Part shown: piece by piece, positions 1-9,281 of the stretch
Layout of the letters: each line of letters begins with the position of its first letter
Numbering within the stretch: position 1 is the stretch's first letter
Source: Patescibacteria group bacterium
GTDB lineage: Bacteria > Pseudomonadota > Alphaproteobacteria > Micavibrionales > UBA2020
DNA: 64,000 nucleotides
Direction of reading: 5' to 3'
Assembly (NCBI GenBank): GCA_035626855.1
Contig: DASPMW010000109.1
Location: forward strand, 895 to 64,894
Translations under genes and position numbers: made by a program
Notes under the pieces: generated by a model
The model's database searches: none
Seen by the model: only the letters and a program-made list of their open reading frames with translations
Told to the model about the DNA's origin: nothing

Positions 1-624
1 TGCCAAGTCCTTCAGGTAGGAGGCCGAATCGAAATCGTAATCCGTCTCCATCCCGGTGTCTTCGCCCGCGATGACCGAAACCGACAGGCTGAAGCCCGAA
101 GCGGGATAGCCGCCGACAAAGCCATTGGTAGCCGCGAAATAGGAAATTTCCTTGGTCACGCTGCATTCAGCGCCGTCGGAGTTTGTGATCCCCTCAACCT
201 CCAGCGCTGCGCCTTCGGCCGCATCCGCCATTTCCGCCATTTTTTCCACGCTGATTTCGGTCGGGTCATATAGATCGAGGTCCGGAAAGCTTTTAGCCAG
301 CTCAGCCGGATCGGCGAGACCGGCGAATTTGTCATCCGGCACCATCTTCGCCATGGCGACCGCGCGTTCCGCCATCTGCGCGAGCGCGTCCGGCGCGCGG
401 TCGGACGACGATACGATCGCCTGCCGCCCGCCGACCAGCACCCGCAAGCCGATTTCGGCCTCTTCGGAACGCTGCAGCGATTCCGGCTCACCATTGCGTC
501 GCGTGACGGCGACCGAGGTCGTGTCCGACAGCACGGCATCGGCGTCTGTCGCGCCGAAGGATTTCGCCTTTTTCAAAAGATCCTGCAGCAGTTGCAGGGT
601 CTCTGCCTGTTTCGGGTCGGCCAT
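1..624 (-). CDS. pmbA: PmbA/TldE-family protein, N-terminal part (gene runs off the left edge)
   Basis: Absent from the ORF track because it is open at the window edge. Manual reverse translation from ATG (622-624) gives MADPKQAETLQLLQDLLKKAKSFGATDADAVLSDTTSVAVTRRNGEPESLQRSEEAEIGLRVLVGGRQAIVSSSD..., in frame down to base 1. This is the typical N-terminal pattern of the PmbA/TldD family. The + strand ORF 152..832 looks like a Ser/Ala-rich shadow frame. Confidence 0.65.
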   Translation of the reverse strand, partial: MADPKQAETLQLLQDLLKKAKSFGATDADAVLSDTTSVAVTRRNGEPESLQRSEEAEIGLRVLVGGRQAIVSSSDRAPDALAQMAERAVAMAKMVPDDKFAGLADPAELAKSFPDLDLYDPTEISVEKMAEMADAAEGAALEVEGITNSDGAECSVTKEISYFAATNGFVGGYPASGFSLSVSVIAGEDTGMETDYDFDSASYLKDLA

Positions 625-645
625 GGTGTGTCCTTTGTTTTCGGG

Positions 646-1485
646 TTACGCCTCGGCGGCGGCGCTTTCGGCGCGCTGCGGGACGACGCGCTCCGCCTTT
701 TCCGCGCCCTGCGGCAATTCGATGAGGCTCATATGCAGGCGCGGCGCTTTAGCCTTGTCCTCGAAAGAATCATGGAACTTGCCGAGCACTTCGGAGAAAC
801 GGTTGATCGCATCTACCGGTTCCGTTTCGTAGATGGGGCGCTGCAGCAGCACCGCGAAGCAATCCGGGCCGAGCCGCCCGATCACGTCCGACTGGCGGCG
901 CATGAAGGTCATTTTTTCGGTGAGCTTCTTGAATGTTTCGTCATAGGCGGCGCTGTCCGCTGCTTTCAGCGCCTCATGGTTCGTGATGGTGATGAAGACG
1001 ATCAGGCTGCGTTCGGCATAACGGAAGGAGCGGTCGATGGCCGATAGAAACAGCTGGTTGAACGCTGCCTTGCCAATCATGCCGCCGGAGGAATGGACGT
1101 TATCCTCCCGCGCCAGGTGCCGGCAGAGGTCCATAAGGCGCTGCGCATTGCCGATCTTGGTTTCGAGATCCTCGGACGACAGCGGCTTGTTGAGGACGTC
1201 GTTGGTGCCCGCAGTCACCGCATCTTCTGTTGTCGCCGATTTCGACAGCAGGAAGATATAGGGTTTCACCTGCGCGCGGATATTTTTCCAGACGCCGATG
1301 ACGACGGGGCGCGCTTCGCTGAGCGGTGCGGGATCGATCATGATGCAGTCGAACTTGCCGTTCTTGATCAGTTCGAAGGCCGCATTCTTGTTCGGCTCGA
1401 GCGTCACCTTGTGACCCTGCGCCTCCAGCTTGGAGGCGATCAGCTGGTTGGTGAGAGATTCGCGGTCGATAACCAAAACTTCCAT
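646..1485 (-). CDS. Response regulator: REC domain fused to a degenerate GGDEF-like domain
   Basis: 279 aa. The N-terminus MEVLVIDRESL...FDCIMIDP...VLNKPL is CheY-like. The C-terminal half has diguanylate-cyclase-like layout (SLIVFITITNHEALK...RQSDVIGRLGPDCFAVLL), but the signature reads GPDCF instead of GG(D/E)EF. Confidence 0.7.
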   Translation of the reverse strand: MEVLVIDRESLTNQLIASKLEAQGHKVTLEPNKNAAFELIKNGKFDCIMIDPAPLSEARPVVIGVWKNIRAQVKPYIFLLSKSATTEDAVTAGTNDVLNKPLSSEDLETKIGNAQRLMDLCRHLAREDNVHSSGGMIGKAAFNQLFLSAIDRSFRYAERSLIVFITITNHEALKAADSAAYDETFKKLTEKMTFMRRQSDVIGRLGPDCFAVLLQRPIYETEPVDAINRFSEVLGKFHDSFEDKAKAPRLHMSLIELPQGAEKAERVVPQRAESAAAEA

Positions 1486-1631
1486 GACGCCCTGCCCCTT
1501 TTTAATACTCTCCGCGATTTTACGGGCTAGGTGACGCCAACTCCACAGGAATCAGGCTTTTTTCCCTATTCCCTGATATCATTTGACAAAGCCGCCTGAA
1601 TTCAATTATTACTTCTTCACCAAATACCCGT

Positions 1632-1718
1632 GCCCAAATGGCGGAATTGGTAGACGCGCAGGTTTCAGGTACCTGTGGGGTTACACCCGTGTAAGTTCGA
1701 GTCTTATTTTGGGCACCA
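1632..1718 (+). tRNA. tRNA-Leu (anticodon CAG)
   Basis: GCCCAAA...TTTGGGCACCA acceptor pairing; anticodon arm CAGGT-TTCAGGT-ACCTG gives CAG. It has a long variable arm, a GTTCGAGTC T-loop and an encoded CCA. Confidence 0.9.
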
Positions 1719-1724
1719 TCTTTT

Positions 1725-2165
1725 CTACAAGTTCTGACTCAAGTCCCCGTGCTCCTGAATGAGCATGGCGCGGCTTGTGTCGTTCGCAGCCTTCGCCCCC
1801 CTGTATGCTTCGGTGAGCGCAGCCTTGCCTTCTTCCCCCATGGCCTTCAGGACTTCGGCTGCAGTCATCGCGGCGATCGCATCCTTGCCGGTCAACATGT
1901 TTTTGAGGTGCGGTAGGTCGCCGGGCTTAACTTCGTTTTTCAGCGCAGCGATTGTTTCCATGTTCATGCCGCGGGTCATATGCGCAAGGCCGGTATTGGA
2001 TATGACCGCGCAGTGCAGTTGCGCGGGACGGCCCGGCAGCGCGCAGACGTAGCGCCCGGAAACCGCGGCCCAAGCCAGGACCGCGAGCATGAGCAGGATG
2101 ACGCGACGACCGCCCTTGCGGCGCAGGAGCAGCAGCGCGACGATAAGTTTGAGGCCTCTGGACAT
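1725..2165 (-). CDS. Hypothetical membrane-anchored protein
   Basis: I chose the ATG at 2163-2165 (MSRGLKLIVALLLL...) because AGGAG lies 8 nt upstream. It has an N-terminal hydrophobic segment and no recognisable family. Confidence 0.4.
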   Translation of the reverse strand: MSRGLKLIVALLLLRRKGGRRVILLMLAVLAWAAVSGRYVCALPGRPAQLHCAVISNTGLAHMTRGMNMETIAALKNEVKPGDLPHLKNMLTGKDAIAAMTAAEVLKAMGEEGKAALTEAYRGAKAANDTSRAMLIQEHGDLSQNL

Positions 2166-2221
2166 ATTGCAGGCTCCTGTTATAGTTTTTTGTCGAAACA
2201 TCAATAAAATCGGGCAGTAAT

Positions 2222-2833
2222 ATGAATGTAGCATTGCATGAAGGCGATTTGCCAGACGGTCTTGATCTCGGCCCCGTGGTCGCGATCGATACCGAGACGC
2301 TGGGCCTCAAGCCCGGGCGCGACCGGCTCTGCCTTGTGCAGCTTTCGGCAGGCGACGGCAATGTGCATCTGGTGAAATTCACTAAGCCGGAATATTCCGC
2401 GCCGAACCTGAAAAAACTTCTGGGCGATCCCGCCGTCACCAAGCTGTTCCACTTCGCGCGCTTTGATGTCGGGGTGATGCTCACCTATCTCGGTGTCCTG
2501 ACCGCGCCGATTTATTGCACCAAAATCGCGTCACGCATCGCCCGCACCTACACCAGCCATCACAGCTTGAAAAACCTCGTGAAGGACCTGCTGCAGCTTG
2601 ATATCGACAAGCAGCAGCAGACGACGGACTGGGGCGCGGAAAAGCTGAGCCAGGAACAGATCGAGTATGCAGCGAACGATGTCCTGCACCTGCACCGCAT
2701 TCGCGCTGTGCTGGACGAATCGTTAAAACGCGAAGGCCGCGCCGAACTGGCGCAGGCCTGTTTCGATTTCCTCCCCCACCGGGCAAAGCTCGATATGGCA
2801 GGCTGGGCGGAAGAAGATATTTTCACGCATTAA
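2222..2833 (+). CDS. rnd: Ribonuclease D-like 3'-5' exonuclease (short form)
   Basis: 203 aa. The DEDD exonuclease motifs are visible: VAIDTETLGL, KLFHFARFDVGVM and YAANDVLHLH. Confidence 0.8.
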   Translation: MNVALHEGDLPDGLDLGPVVAIDTETLGLKPGRDRLCLVQLSAGDGNVHLVKFTKPEYSAPNLKKLLGDPAVTKLFHFARFDVGVMLTYLGVLTAPIYCTKIASRIARTYTSHHSLKNLVKDLLQLDIDKQQQTTDWGAEKLSQEQIEYAANDVLHLHRIRAVLDESLKREGRAELAQACFDFLPHRAKLDMAGWAEEDIFTH

Positions 2834-2892
2834 CAAGCGCCTAGGCCAACGCCCCCGAGCGACCACGTTATGCAAATAAATATCCTCATTAA

Positions 2893-2921
2893 TTGACATA
2901 ACGACATAAATTTGATAGATA
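2893..2921 (+). promoter_or_regulatory. Candidate sigma-70 promoter for the kdsD-lpt operon
   Basis: TTGACA (2893-2898), a 17-nt spacer, then TAGATA (2916-2921), in an AT-rich gap about 75 nt upstream of the kdsD ATG. This is a motif match only. Confidence 0.35.
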
Positions 2922-2996
2922 TTTCGCGCCGCAACACGCATGATAAGGCGGTTTCAAAACGTCCCAAGCGTACCTGACGCATAACAGCGAGACACC

Positions 2997-4013
2997 ATGA
3001 AAATCCTCAAGCTTCCCGAGACCGCCCGCGAACAAGATGCCGTCGCCGATACCGTGCAGACAGGCCGCCGCGTGCTGCAGATCGAAGCCGAGGCGCTCGC
3101 GCAATTGGCCGCGTTTTTGAACGACAGCTTCGATCAGGCGATCGAGATGATTTCCGCGGCCGAGGGCCGCGTGATCGTGACCGGCATGGGCAAGAGCGGG
3201 CATATTGCGCGCAAAATTGCGGCGACGCTGTCCTCGACCGGCACGCCCGCTTTCTTCGTCCATCCGGCTGAGACGAGCCATGGCGATATGGGCATGATCG
3301 TGCGCGGCGACGTCGTGCTCGCGCTGTCGAATTCGGGCGAGGCAAAAGAACTCCTCGACCTCATCGAATATACGCGCCGCTTCGCGATCCCGCTGATCGG
3401 CGTGACCAGCCGGCCGGAATCAACGCTGGGCCAGAAGTCGGATGTCGTCCTGCTGCTGCCGAACTGCCCGGAAGCCTGCCCGAACGGCCTCGCCCCCACG
3501 ACCTCGACCACCATGACGCTGGCGCTCGGCGACGCGATTGCGATCACGCTGCTGGAGCGCAAGGGCTTCACGGCAAAGGACTTCAAGATTTTCCATCCGG
3601 GCGGCAAGCTTGGCCAGCAGCTGATGAAAGTTTCCGAGATCATGCATACCGGTGACGCGCTGCCTGTCGCGTCCGAAACCGCTGCCGTGCGCGACGTTAT
3701 CCCGGTCATCAGCGCCAAGGGCTTCGGCTGCGTCGCGCTGGTGAACGCCAAGGGCACGATGGCGGGCCTGATTACGGACGGCGATATCCGCCGTCACCTG
3801 AGCAACGACCTGATGGACAAGCAGGCGAAGGACATCATGACCAAGGCGCCGAAAGTGGCCGGCCCGGATATGCTGGTCGCGGAAGCGATGGCGGTCATGA
3901 ACGACCTTAAAAATACCTTCCGCAAGATCACTGCGCTTGTCGTGGTGGACGAAGCGGGCAAGCCTGTCGGCCTCCTGCATCTCCACGACTGCCTGAGAGC
4001 GGGTTTTGCCTAA
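2997..4013 (+). CDS. kdsD: Arabinose-5-phosphate isomerase (SIS domain + tandem CBS), KdsD/KpsF type
   Basis: 338 aa. SIS motif VTGMGKSGHIARKIAATLSSTGTPAFFVHPAE..HGD; C-terminal CBS pair. It sits directly upstream of lptC-lptA-lptB. Confidence 0.9.
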   Translation: MKILKLPETAREQDAVADTVQTGRRVLQIEAEALAQLAAFLNDSFDQAIEMISAAEGRVIVTGMGKSGHIARKIAATLSSTGTPAFFVHPAETSHGDMGMIVRGDVVLALSNSGEAKELLDLIEYTRRFAIPLIGVTSRPESTLGQKSDVVLLLPNCPEACPNGLAPTTSTTMTLALGDAIAITLLERKGFTAKDFKIFHPGGKLGQQLMKVSEIMHTGDALPVASETAAVRDVIPVISAKGFGCVALVNAKGTMAGLITDGDIRRHLSNDLMDKQAKDIMTKAPKVAGPDMLVAEAMAVMNDLKNTFRKITALVVVDEAGKPVGLLHLHDCLRAGFA

Positions 4014-4668
4014 AAAACCGAAAGCGAAGAAAAGCGCGTCCAAGCGGCTATCCGCGCGCGGCGGCGGCTATAGCTGGTTCGTGCGGATATCAAAAATCAC
4101 CCTGCCGCTGGTGGCGCTCGGGATCATGGGGCTCGTCTTCATCCGGCTCAGCCAGGATTCGCAGGAAATCCAGCTGGCTGACCTGCCGACCAAGGAGAAC
4201 ACAAAGCCCGGCCAGATCGAACTTAAAGGCGCGCGCTATGAGGGGATGGACGCCAAGGGCCGCAAATACACGCTGACCGCCGACAAGGCCATCCGCAACA
4301 TGCTGTCGGACGAAGCGGTGCTGCTCGAAAATCCGCGGGCCGATGTGATGCTGGAGGGCGGCAACTGGGTCGCCGTCCATGCGAAAAACGGCGACTACGA
4401 CAACAAGGCGGGCAAACTCTCGCTATCCGGAGGCGTGACCGTCTACCACGACAGTGGCTATGAGATGCACCTCGCCAACATCGCGGTCGATATGGAGACG
4501 CGCCACGCCGTGACGACCGAGCCGGTGACCGCGCAGGGTCCCGCCGGTGAGCTGAAGGCGCAGAATATGGATGTAGTGAATGAAGGCGAACTTGTCGTAT
4601 TCGGCGGGCCTGTTTTCCTGACCCTCTACGGCATGAAGGCCAAGCCTCCGAAAAAGGTGCGTGGATGA
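4006..4668 (+). CDS. lptC: LptC-like LPS export protein (membrane-anchored periplasmic)
   Basis: 220 aa with a TTG start overlapping the kdsD end. It has a basic N-terminus plus a TM segment (ITLPLVALGIMGLVFI) and beta-rich remainder. The call rests mainly on its conserved position between kdsD and lptA. Confidence 0.6.
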   Translation: MPKKPKAKKSASKRLSARGGGYSWFVRISKITLPLVALGIMGLVFIRLSQDSQEIQLADLPTKENTKPGQIELKGARYEGMDAKGRKYTLTADKAIRNMLSDEAVLLENPRADVMLEGGNWVAVHAKNGDYDNKAGKLSLSGGVTVYHDSGYEMHLANIAVDMETRHAVTTEPVTAQGPAGELKAQNMDVVNEGELVVFGGPVFLTLYGMKAKPPKKVRG

Positions 4669-5447
4669 AGCGCCTTGTTTTTCTCGCTTTGTTCCTCGTT
4701 ACGACGCCGGCTTTCGCCCAGCAGATGCCGATGGCGGACGAAAATGCGCCTGTCGAAATTTCCGCAAAACATTCCCTTGAATGGAACCGCAAGGCGAAGA
4801 CCTACACCGCGCGCGAAAATGCGATTGCGAAACAGGGCAATTTCCAGGTGGCAAGCGACCTGCTGACCGCGCATTACACCGACGAAAAAGGCGCGACTGA
4901 CATCAGCACATTGGTTGCCGCCGGGAACGTCGTCATCACTTCCCCGCCCTATACCGTCCATGGCGACCAGGCGACCTATAGCGTCCCCGACAACTCTGTG
5001 CTGCTGACCGGCCGGGACCTGCGCATCGAAACGGTGACCGAACGTCTTACCGCGCGCGACAAGATCGAATTTTACGGGCGCGAGAACCGCCTGACCGCGG
5101 TCGGCGACGCGGTTGCGGTGCGCGGCACAGACACGCTGCGCGCAAACGTGATGAACGCTTTTTTCCATCAAGGGCCGGAGGGAAAGCTTGTCCTGCAGAA
5201 AATCACCGTGGACGGCAATGTCTCTATCAAAACGCTGAAGGAAACCGTGAACGGCAGCAAAGGCGTGTATGACGTCGTCGCGGGCAAGGCAATCCTGACC
5301 GGCGATATCAAGATCCTGCAGGGAGAGAACTGGCTGCAGGGCACCCGCGCGGTCGTTGACTTGAAAACAGGTATCAGCCAGTTATTTGCCGAAGGGGGCG
5401 AGGGCCGCGTCAAGGGCCTGTTCTATCCCAAGAAGAAACCGCAATGA
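4665..5447 (+). CDS. lptA: LptA / OstA-like periplasmic LPS transport protein
   Basis: 260 aa with signal peptide MKRLVFLALFLVTTPAFAQQ and an OstA-like repetitive beta pattern. Its start overlaps the lptC stop (ATGA), and it precedes lptB. Confidence 0.75.
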   Translation: MKRLVFLALFLVTTPAFAQQMPMADENAPVEISAKHSLEWNRKAKTYTARENAIAKQGNFQVASDLLTAHYTDEKGATDISTLVAAGNVVITSPPYTVHGDQATYSVPDNSVLLTGRDLRIETVTERLTARDKIEFYGRENRLTAVGDAVAVRGTDTLRANVMNAFFHQGPEGKLVLQKITVDGNVSIKTLKETVNGSKGVYDVVAGKAILTGDIKILQGENWLQGTRAVVDLKTGISQLFAEGGEGRVKGLFYPKKKPQ

Positions 5448-6211
5448 GCGACATGAAAAAAACAGCAGAGCCACAACTGGTGCCAAGCGCCGCGGGGCTT
5501 GAGGTGTCTCACCTCATGAAGCGCTACAAGCGCCGGCCGGTGCTGCGCGACGTATCGCTGACCGTAAAGCGCGGCGAGGCCGTCGGGCTGCTGGGGCCAA
5601 ACGGCGCGGGGAAAACGACCTGCTTTTATATCGTGACGGGCCTGATCGACGCCGATAGCGGCAGCATCCGGCTCGACGGCAAGGATATCACCCGCCTGCC
5701 GATGTATCGCCGCGCGCGCCTTGGAATCGGGTACCTGCCGCAGGAATCCTCGATCTTCCGGGGCCTGAGCGTCGAAGACAATATCCGCAGCATCCTGCAG
5801 GTCGTCGAAGAGGACCATCACCGCCGCGAGCATATGCTCGCCGAACTGCTGGCTGAATTTTCAATCACCCATCTGCGCAGCACGCCCGCGATCGCTCTAT
5901 CGGGCGGGGAACGCCGCCGCGTCGAAATCGCGCGCGCGCTCGCGACCCATCCGCAATTTATCCTGCTGGACGAGCCGCTCGCCGGCATCGATCCGATCGC
6001 GGTGGGCGAGATCCGCGACTTGGTGAAGCACCTGAAAAACCGCAATATCGGCGTGCTGATCACCGACCACAACGTGCGCGATACGCTGGATATCGTCGAT
6101 CGTGCCTATATCCTGCATGGCGGGCAGGTGCTGATGGAGGGCAAGCCTTCCGACATCGTCGCGCATAAGGATGTCCGCCGCGTCTATCTCGGCGAGAAAT
6201 TCAGCCTGTAA
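5444..6211 (+). CDS. lptB: LPS export ABC transporter ATPase LptB
   Basis: 255 aa with Walker A GPNGAGKTT, signature LSGGERRRVEIARAL and Walker B ILLDEP. Confidence 0.92.
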   Translation: MSDMKKTAEPQLVPSAAGLEVSHLMKRYKRRPVLRDVSLTVKRGEAVGLLGPNGAGKTTCFYIVTGLIDADSGSIRLDGKDITRLPMYRRARLGIGYLPQESSIFRGLSVEDNIRSILQVVEEDHHRREHMLAELLAEFSITHLRSTPAIALSGGERRRVEIARALATHPQFILLDEPLAGIDPIAVGEIRDLVKHLKNRNIGVLITDHNVRDTLDIVDRAYILHGGQVLMEGKPSDIVAHKDVRRVYLGEKFSL

Positions 6212-6331
6212 TATGGTATTTTAATACCTGCATCTTCACTCCGCTCCAAAAAATCCCCATATGATTAAGAGGGCCGGAGATTCCATGGCTGAAATCATGG
6301 TATTCTGGAGACGGGGAGAGTTTGATTTTAC

Positions 6332-7855
6332 ATGGCTATTAACCAGCGCCTAGACCTGAAACAGGGCCAGACCCTGACGATGACGCCGCAGCTGCAGCAG
6401 GCGATCAAGCTGTTGCAGATGTCGAATATCGAGCTGGCGGAATTCGTCGAGGCAGAGCTGGAAAAAAACCCCCTGCTGGAGCGCGACGACAGCATGTCGA
6501 CCGAGAAGCCGGGCGATGAGCCGCCGGCCGCAGAAGGCGCCGGCGACAGTGAACACGCGCCGCAGGACGACCACGGCGGCGACGCCCCGCAGCGCGAAGA
6601 GCGCGAGCTTGACACCGATTTCGAAAACGTTTTCACCGGTGGCAGCATGGCCGAGCAGGAAGGCGGCTACGACGCTTTCGCGACCAACAGCTTCAGCGAT
6701 GTCGGCAAAGGCGGCAGCCTGAAATTCGATGATCCGGACTTCGCCTTCGAGAACAATATGGCGAAGGAGGCGACCCTCCGCGATTACCTTGAAGAGCAGA
6801 TCGCCGTCGATTTCGAGGATAACAAGGAACGAGCGATCGCGCGGCTGATGCTCGATTATCTCGATGAATCTGGCTATTTCCGCACCGATACGGGCCAGCT
6901 CGCCGAGCGCTTGGGCACCACAAAGGAACGCGTCGAGGGGATCCTTGCCAAGCTGCAGGATATGGACCCGGCCGGCCTCTTCGCCCGCAATTTAAGCGAA
7001 TGCCTTGCGCTGCAGCTGAAGGAGCAGGATCGCCTTGACCCCGCCATGCAGAAACTTGTCGAGAACCTGGACGTGCTGGCGGCGCATGACCTGAAAAAGC
7101 TTAAAAGTCTGTGCGGCGTTGACGATGCAGATCTGAAGGAAATGATTTCCGAGATCAAGGCGCTCAACCCGAAGCCCGCGCTCGAATTCGATCACTTCGT
7201 GTCGCAGACCGTCGTCCCGGACGTCCTCATGCGGCCGCTGCCGAAATCCAAGGGCGGCGGGTGGGCGGTCGAGCTCAATAACGACACGCTGCCGCGCGTA
7301 CTGGTGAACAAGCGCTATTACACGGAGATCAGCAACAGCGCCAAGAACAAGACCGACAAAGAGTACCTGTCCGAGCAGCTGAACACCGCCAACTGGCTGA
7401 TCAAGGCGATGGACCAGCGCGCCGAGACGATTTTGAAAACCGCGAGCGAGATCATCTTGCAGCAGGAAGATTTCTTCAATTACGGCGTCGAATACCTGAA
7501 GCCGCTGGTGCTGAAGGATATCGCAGCCGTGATCGGGATGCATGAAAGCACCGTCAGCCGCGTCACCAGCAACAAATATATCGGCACGCCGCGCGGCGTG
7601 TTCGAGCTGAAATACTTTTTCTCCTCCGGCGTTTCATCATCGGACGGCAACGCCGAATTTTCGTCGGAAGCCGTCAAGTCCCGCATCAAAACCTATATCG
7701 ACGCGGAGCCAGCCGCGAAGATCCTGTCGGATGACGACCTCGTCGATCTCTTGAAAAAAGAGGGCATCGACATTGCCCGGCGCACAGTTGCTAAGTACCG
7801 CGAGGCTATGAAAATCCCCTCCTCCGTCCAGCGCCGCCGGATCAAGAATACATAA
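6332..7855 (+). CDS. rpoN: RNA polymerase sigma-54 factor
   Basis: 507 aa. N-terminal LKQGQTLTMTPQLQQAIKLLQMSNIEL, an acidic region II, and the C-terminal RpoN box ARRTVAKYRE. Confidence 0.95.
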   Translation: MAINQRLDLKQGQTLTMTPQLQQAIKLLQMSNIELAEFVEAELEKNPLLERDDSMSTEKPGDEPPAAEGAGDSEHAPQDDHGGDAPQREERELDTDFENVFTGGSMAEQEGGYDAFATNSFSDVGKGGSLKFDDPDFAFENNMAKEATLRDYLEEQIAVDFEDNKERAIARLMLDYLDESGYFRTDTGQLAERLGTTKERVEGILAKLQDMDPAGLFARNLSECLALQLKEQDRLDPAMQKLVENLDVLAAHDLKKLKSLCGVDDADLKEMISEIKALNPKPALEFDHFVSQTVVPDVLMRPLPKSKGGGWAVELNNDTLPRVLVNKRYYTEISNSAKNKTDKEYLSEQLNTANWLIKAMDQRAETILKTASEIILQQEDFFNYGVEYLKPLVLKDIAAVIGMHESTVSRVTSNKYIGTPRGVFELKYFFSSGVSSSDGNAEFSSEAVKSRIKTYIDAEPAAKILSDDDLVDLLKKEGIDIARRTVAKYREAMKIPSSVQRRRIKNT

Positions 7856-8024
7856 TCGCTAGGTGGCTGGAATCGCGCGGGAATCCGGTGCGAAGTTGAC
7901 GCGCCGTTCAAAAATCTATATTTATTTGAAGCAATTACCGGACTGGTGCGTTGAATTTAATGCTTTTTTCAACTGCACCTGACTAAGATAAAAATCACGG
8001 TAAACACCAATTGAGGGGACGACA

Positions 8025-8747
8025 ATGGATCTGACAGTCAAAGGCATGCACCTGGATGTGGGCGATTCACTCCGCGAGCATGTGCGCGCGAACCTGACGC
8101 ATACCGCGGGCAAATACTTCCGCGAGCCGATCAAGGCCGTCGTTGTCTTCACCAAGGAAAAGAACCATCGCTACACCGCGGATATCTCGATCCATGCCGG
8201 CCACGGCATCGTGCTCGAGGCGCAGAATGAAGCGGATGATCCCTACCCCGCTTTTGACGGTGCGTCGAAAAACGTGGCCAAGCGCCTGTCGAAATACAAG
8301 GACCGCCTGAAGGACCACCACAAGCGCCAGGGCGTGTCGGAAACGACCGCGGCCGCTTACACCACCTTCAGCAGCAGCAATGAAAACGAGGCTGAAGGCG
8401 GCCAGGAACCCGCGGTCATCGCGGAAATGGACACGCAAGTGCCGACGCTGGCTGTCGCTGACGCCGTGCTGCGCCTGGAGCTGGGCACCGCGCCCGCGCT
8501 CCTGTTCCGCAACCCGAAACATAGCGGGCTGAACATGGTGTACCGCCGCAAAGACGGGAATATCGGCTGGGTCGACCCCGAGGGTTCGGCCCCTGCTAAA
8601 AAACCCGCCACCGCAGCAAAGCCTGTCGCGAAACCGGCCGCGAAACCCGCTGCCAAGGCAGCCCCGGCAAAAGCCGCCGCGAAACCCGCGGCAAGGCATA
8701 AGCCGGCCCAGAAGAAAAAGGCGAAAGCCGGAAAGAAGAGAAGGTAA
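8025..8747 (+). CDS. hpf: Ribosome hibernation promoting factor (long form) with Ala/Lys/Pro-repeat tail
   Basis: 240 aa with an S30AE/RaiA-like N-terminal domain (MDLTVKGMHLDVGDSLREHV...). It has a long-HPF C-terminal domain (IAEMDTQVPTLAVADAVLRLEL...FRNPKHSGLNMVYRRKDGNIGWVDP) followed by AKPVAKPAAKPAAKAAPAKAAAKPAARHKPAQKKKAKAGKKRR. It lies between rpoN and ptsN. Confidence 0.85.
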   Translation: MDLTVKGMHLDVGDSLREHVRANLTHTAGKYFREPIKAVVVFTKEKNHRYTADISIHAGHGIVLEAQNEADDPYPAFDGASKNVAKRLSKYKDRLKDHHKRQGVSETTAAAYTTFSSSNENEAEGGQEPAVIAEMDTQVPTLAVADAVLRLELGTAPALLFRNPKHSGLNMVYRRKDGNIGWVDPEGSAPAKKPATAAKPVAKPAAKPAAKAAPAKAAAKPAARHKPAQKKKAKAGKKRR

Positions 8748-8815
8748 CTGCCCGAAAACAGTACAAATTGCGGGTCGACCCTTGAAAAGGCGGCCACGAC
8801 GGGCAGATAATTTGT

Positions 8816-9268
8816 ATGATCACCGCAGACCTGATTATTCCTGACCTGAAGGCCACGAGCAAAAAGCAGGCGTTCCGCTCCATTGCGGACGCCCTCGTGC
8901 CCGTCATTGGCGGCGCGCCGGAAAAGCTGTTCGACGCGCTGATGGCGCGCGAGCGCATCGGCACGACCGGTATCGGCGGGGGGGTCGCCATCCCGCATGT
9001 CAAGCTTGACCATATCGACCGCATTTATGGCGCACTGGTACGGCTTGAAACACCGGTCGATTACGACGCGATCGACGGCGCGCCGGTCGATTTGATCTTC
9101 ATGATGCTGGTGCCGGAAGAAAGTAAAACGACGCAGCACCTAAAGGTACTCGCGCGGATTTCGCGCTTCCTGAAAGACCAGCAGACCTGCAACGGCATCC
9201 GCGGCACCTGCCAGCAGGACAAGATCGCCGAGCTGCTCACCGAATGGGCGCGCAACCAGGCCGCCTGA
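8816..9268 (+). CDS. ptsN: PTS-Ntr EIIA (nitrogen regulatory IIA protein)
   Basis: 150 aa with the EIIA-Ntr pattern ERIGTTGIGGGVAIPHVKL (phospho-His context). It sits in the conserved rpoN-hpf-ptsN arrangement. Confidence 0.85.
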   Translation: MITADLIIPDLKATSKKQAFRSIADALVPVIGGAPEKLFDALMARERIGTTGIGGGVAIPHVKLDHIDRIYGALVRLETPVDYDAIDGAPVDLIFMMLVPEESKTTQHLKVLARISRFLKDQQTCNGIRGTCQQDKIAELLTEWARNQAA

Positions 9269-9281
9269 TTTCAGATTTCAA

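Noticed and set aside
152-832. 226-aa + strand ORF at the left edge.
   Set aside because: It is Ser/Ala-rich, and it overlaps both the PmbA-like frame (minus, 1..624) and the end of the REC-GGDEF gene, both of which have recognisable domain patterns.
1632-2165. tRNA-adjacent genomic islands, considered at tRNA-Leu 1632, tRNA-Gly 45157 and tRNA-Leu 56381.
   Set aside because: No integrase, no direct repeat of the tRNA 3' end, and no compositional shift next to any of the three tRNAs. The neighbouring orphan genes have host-like GC.
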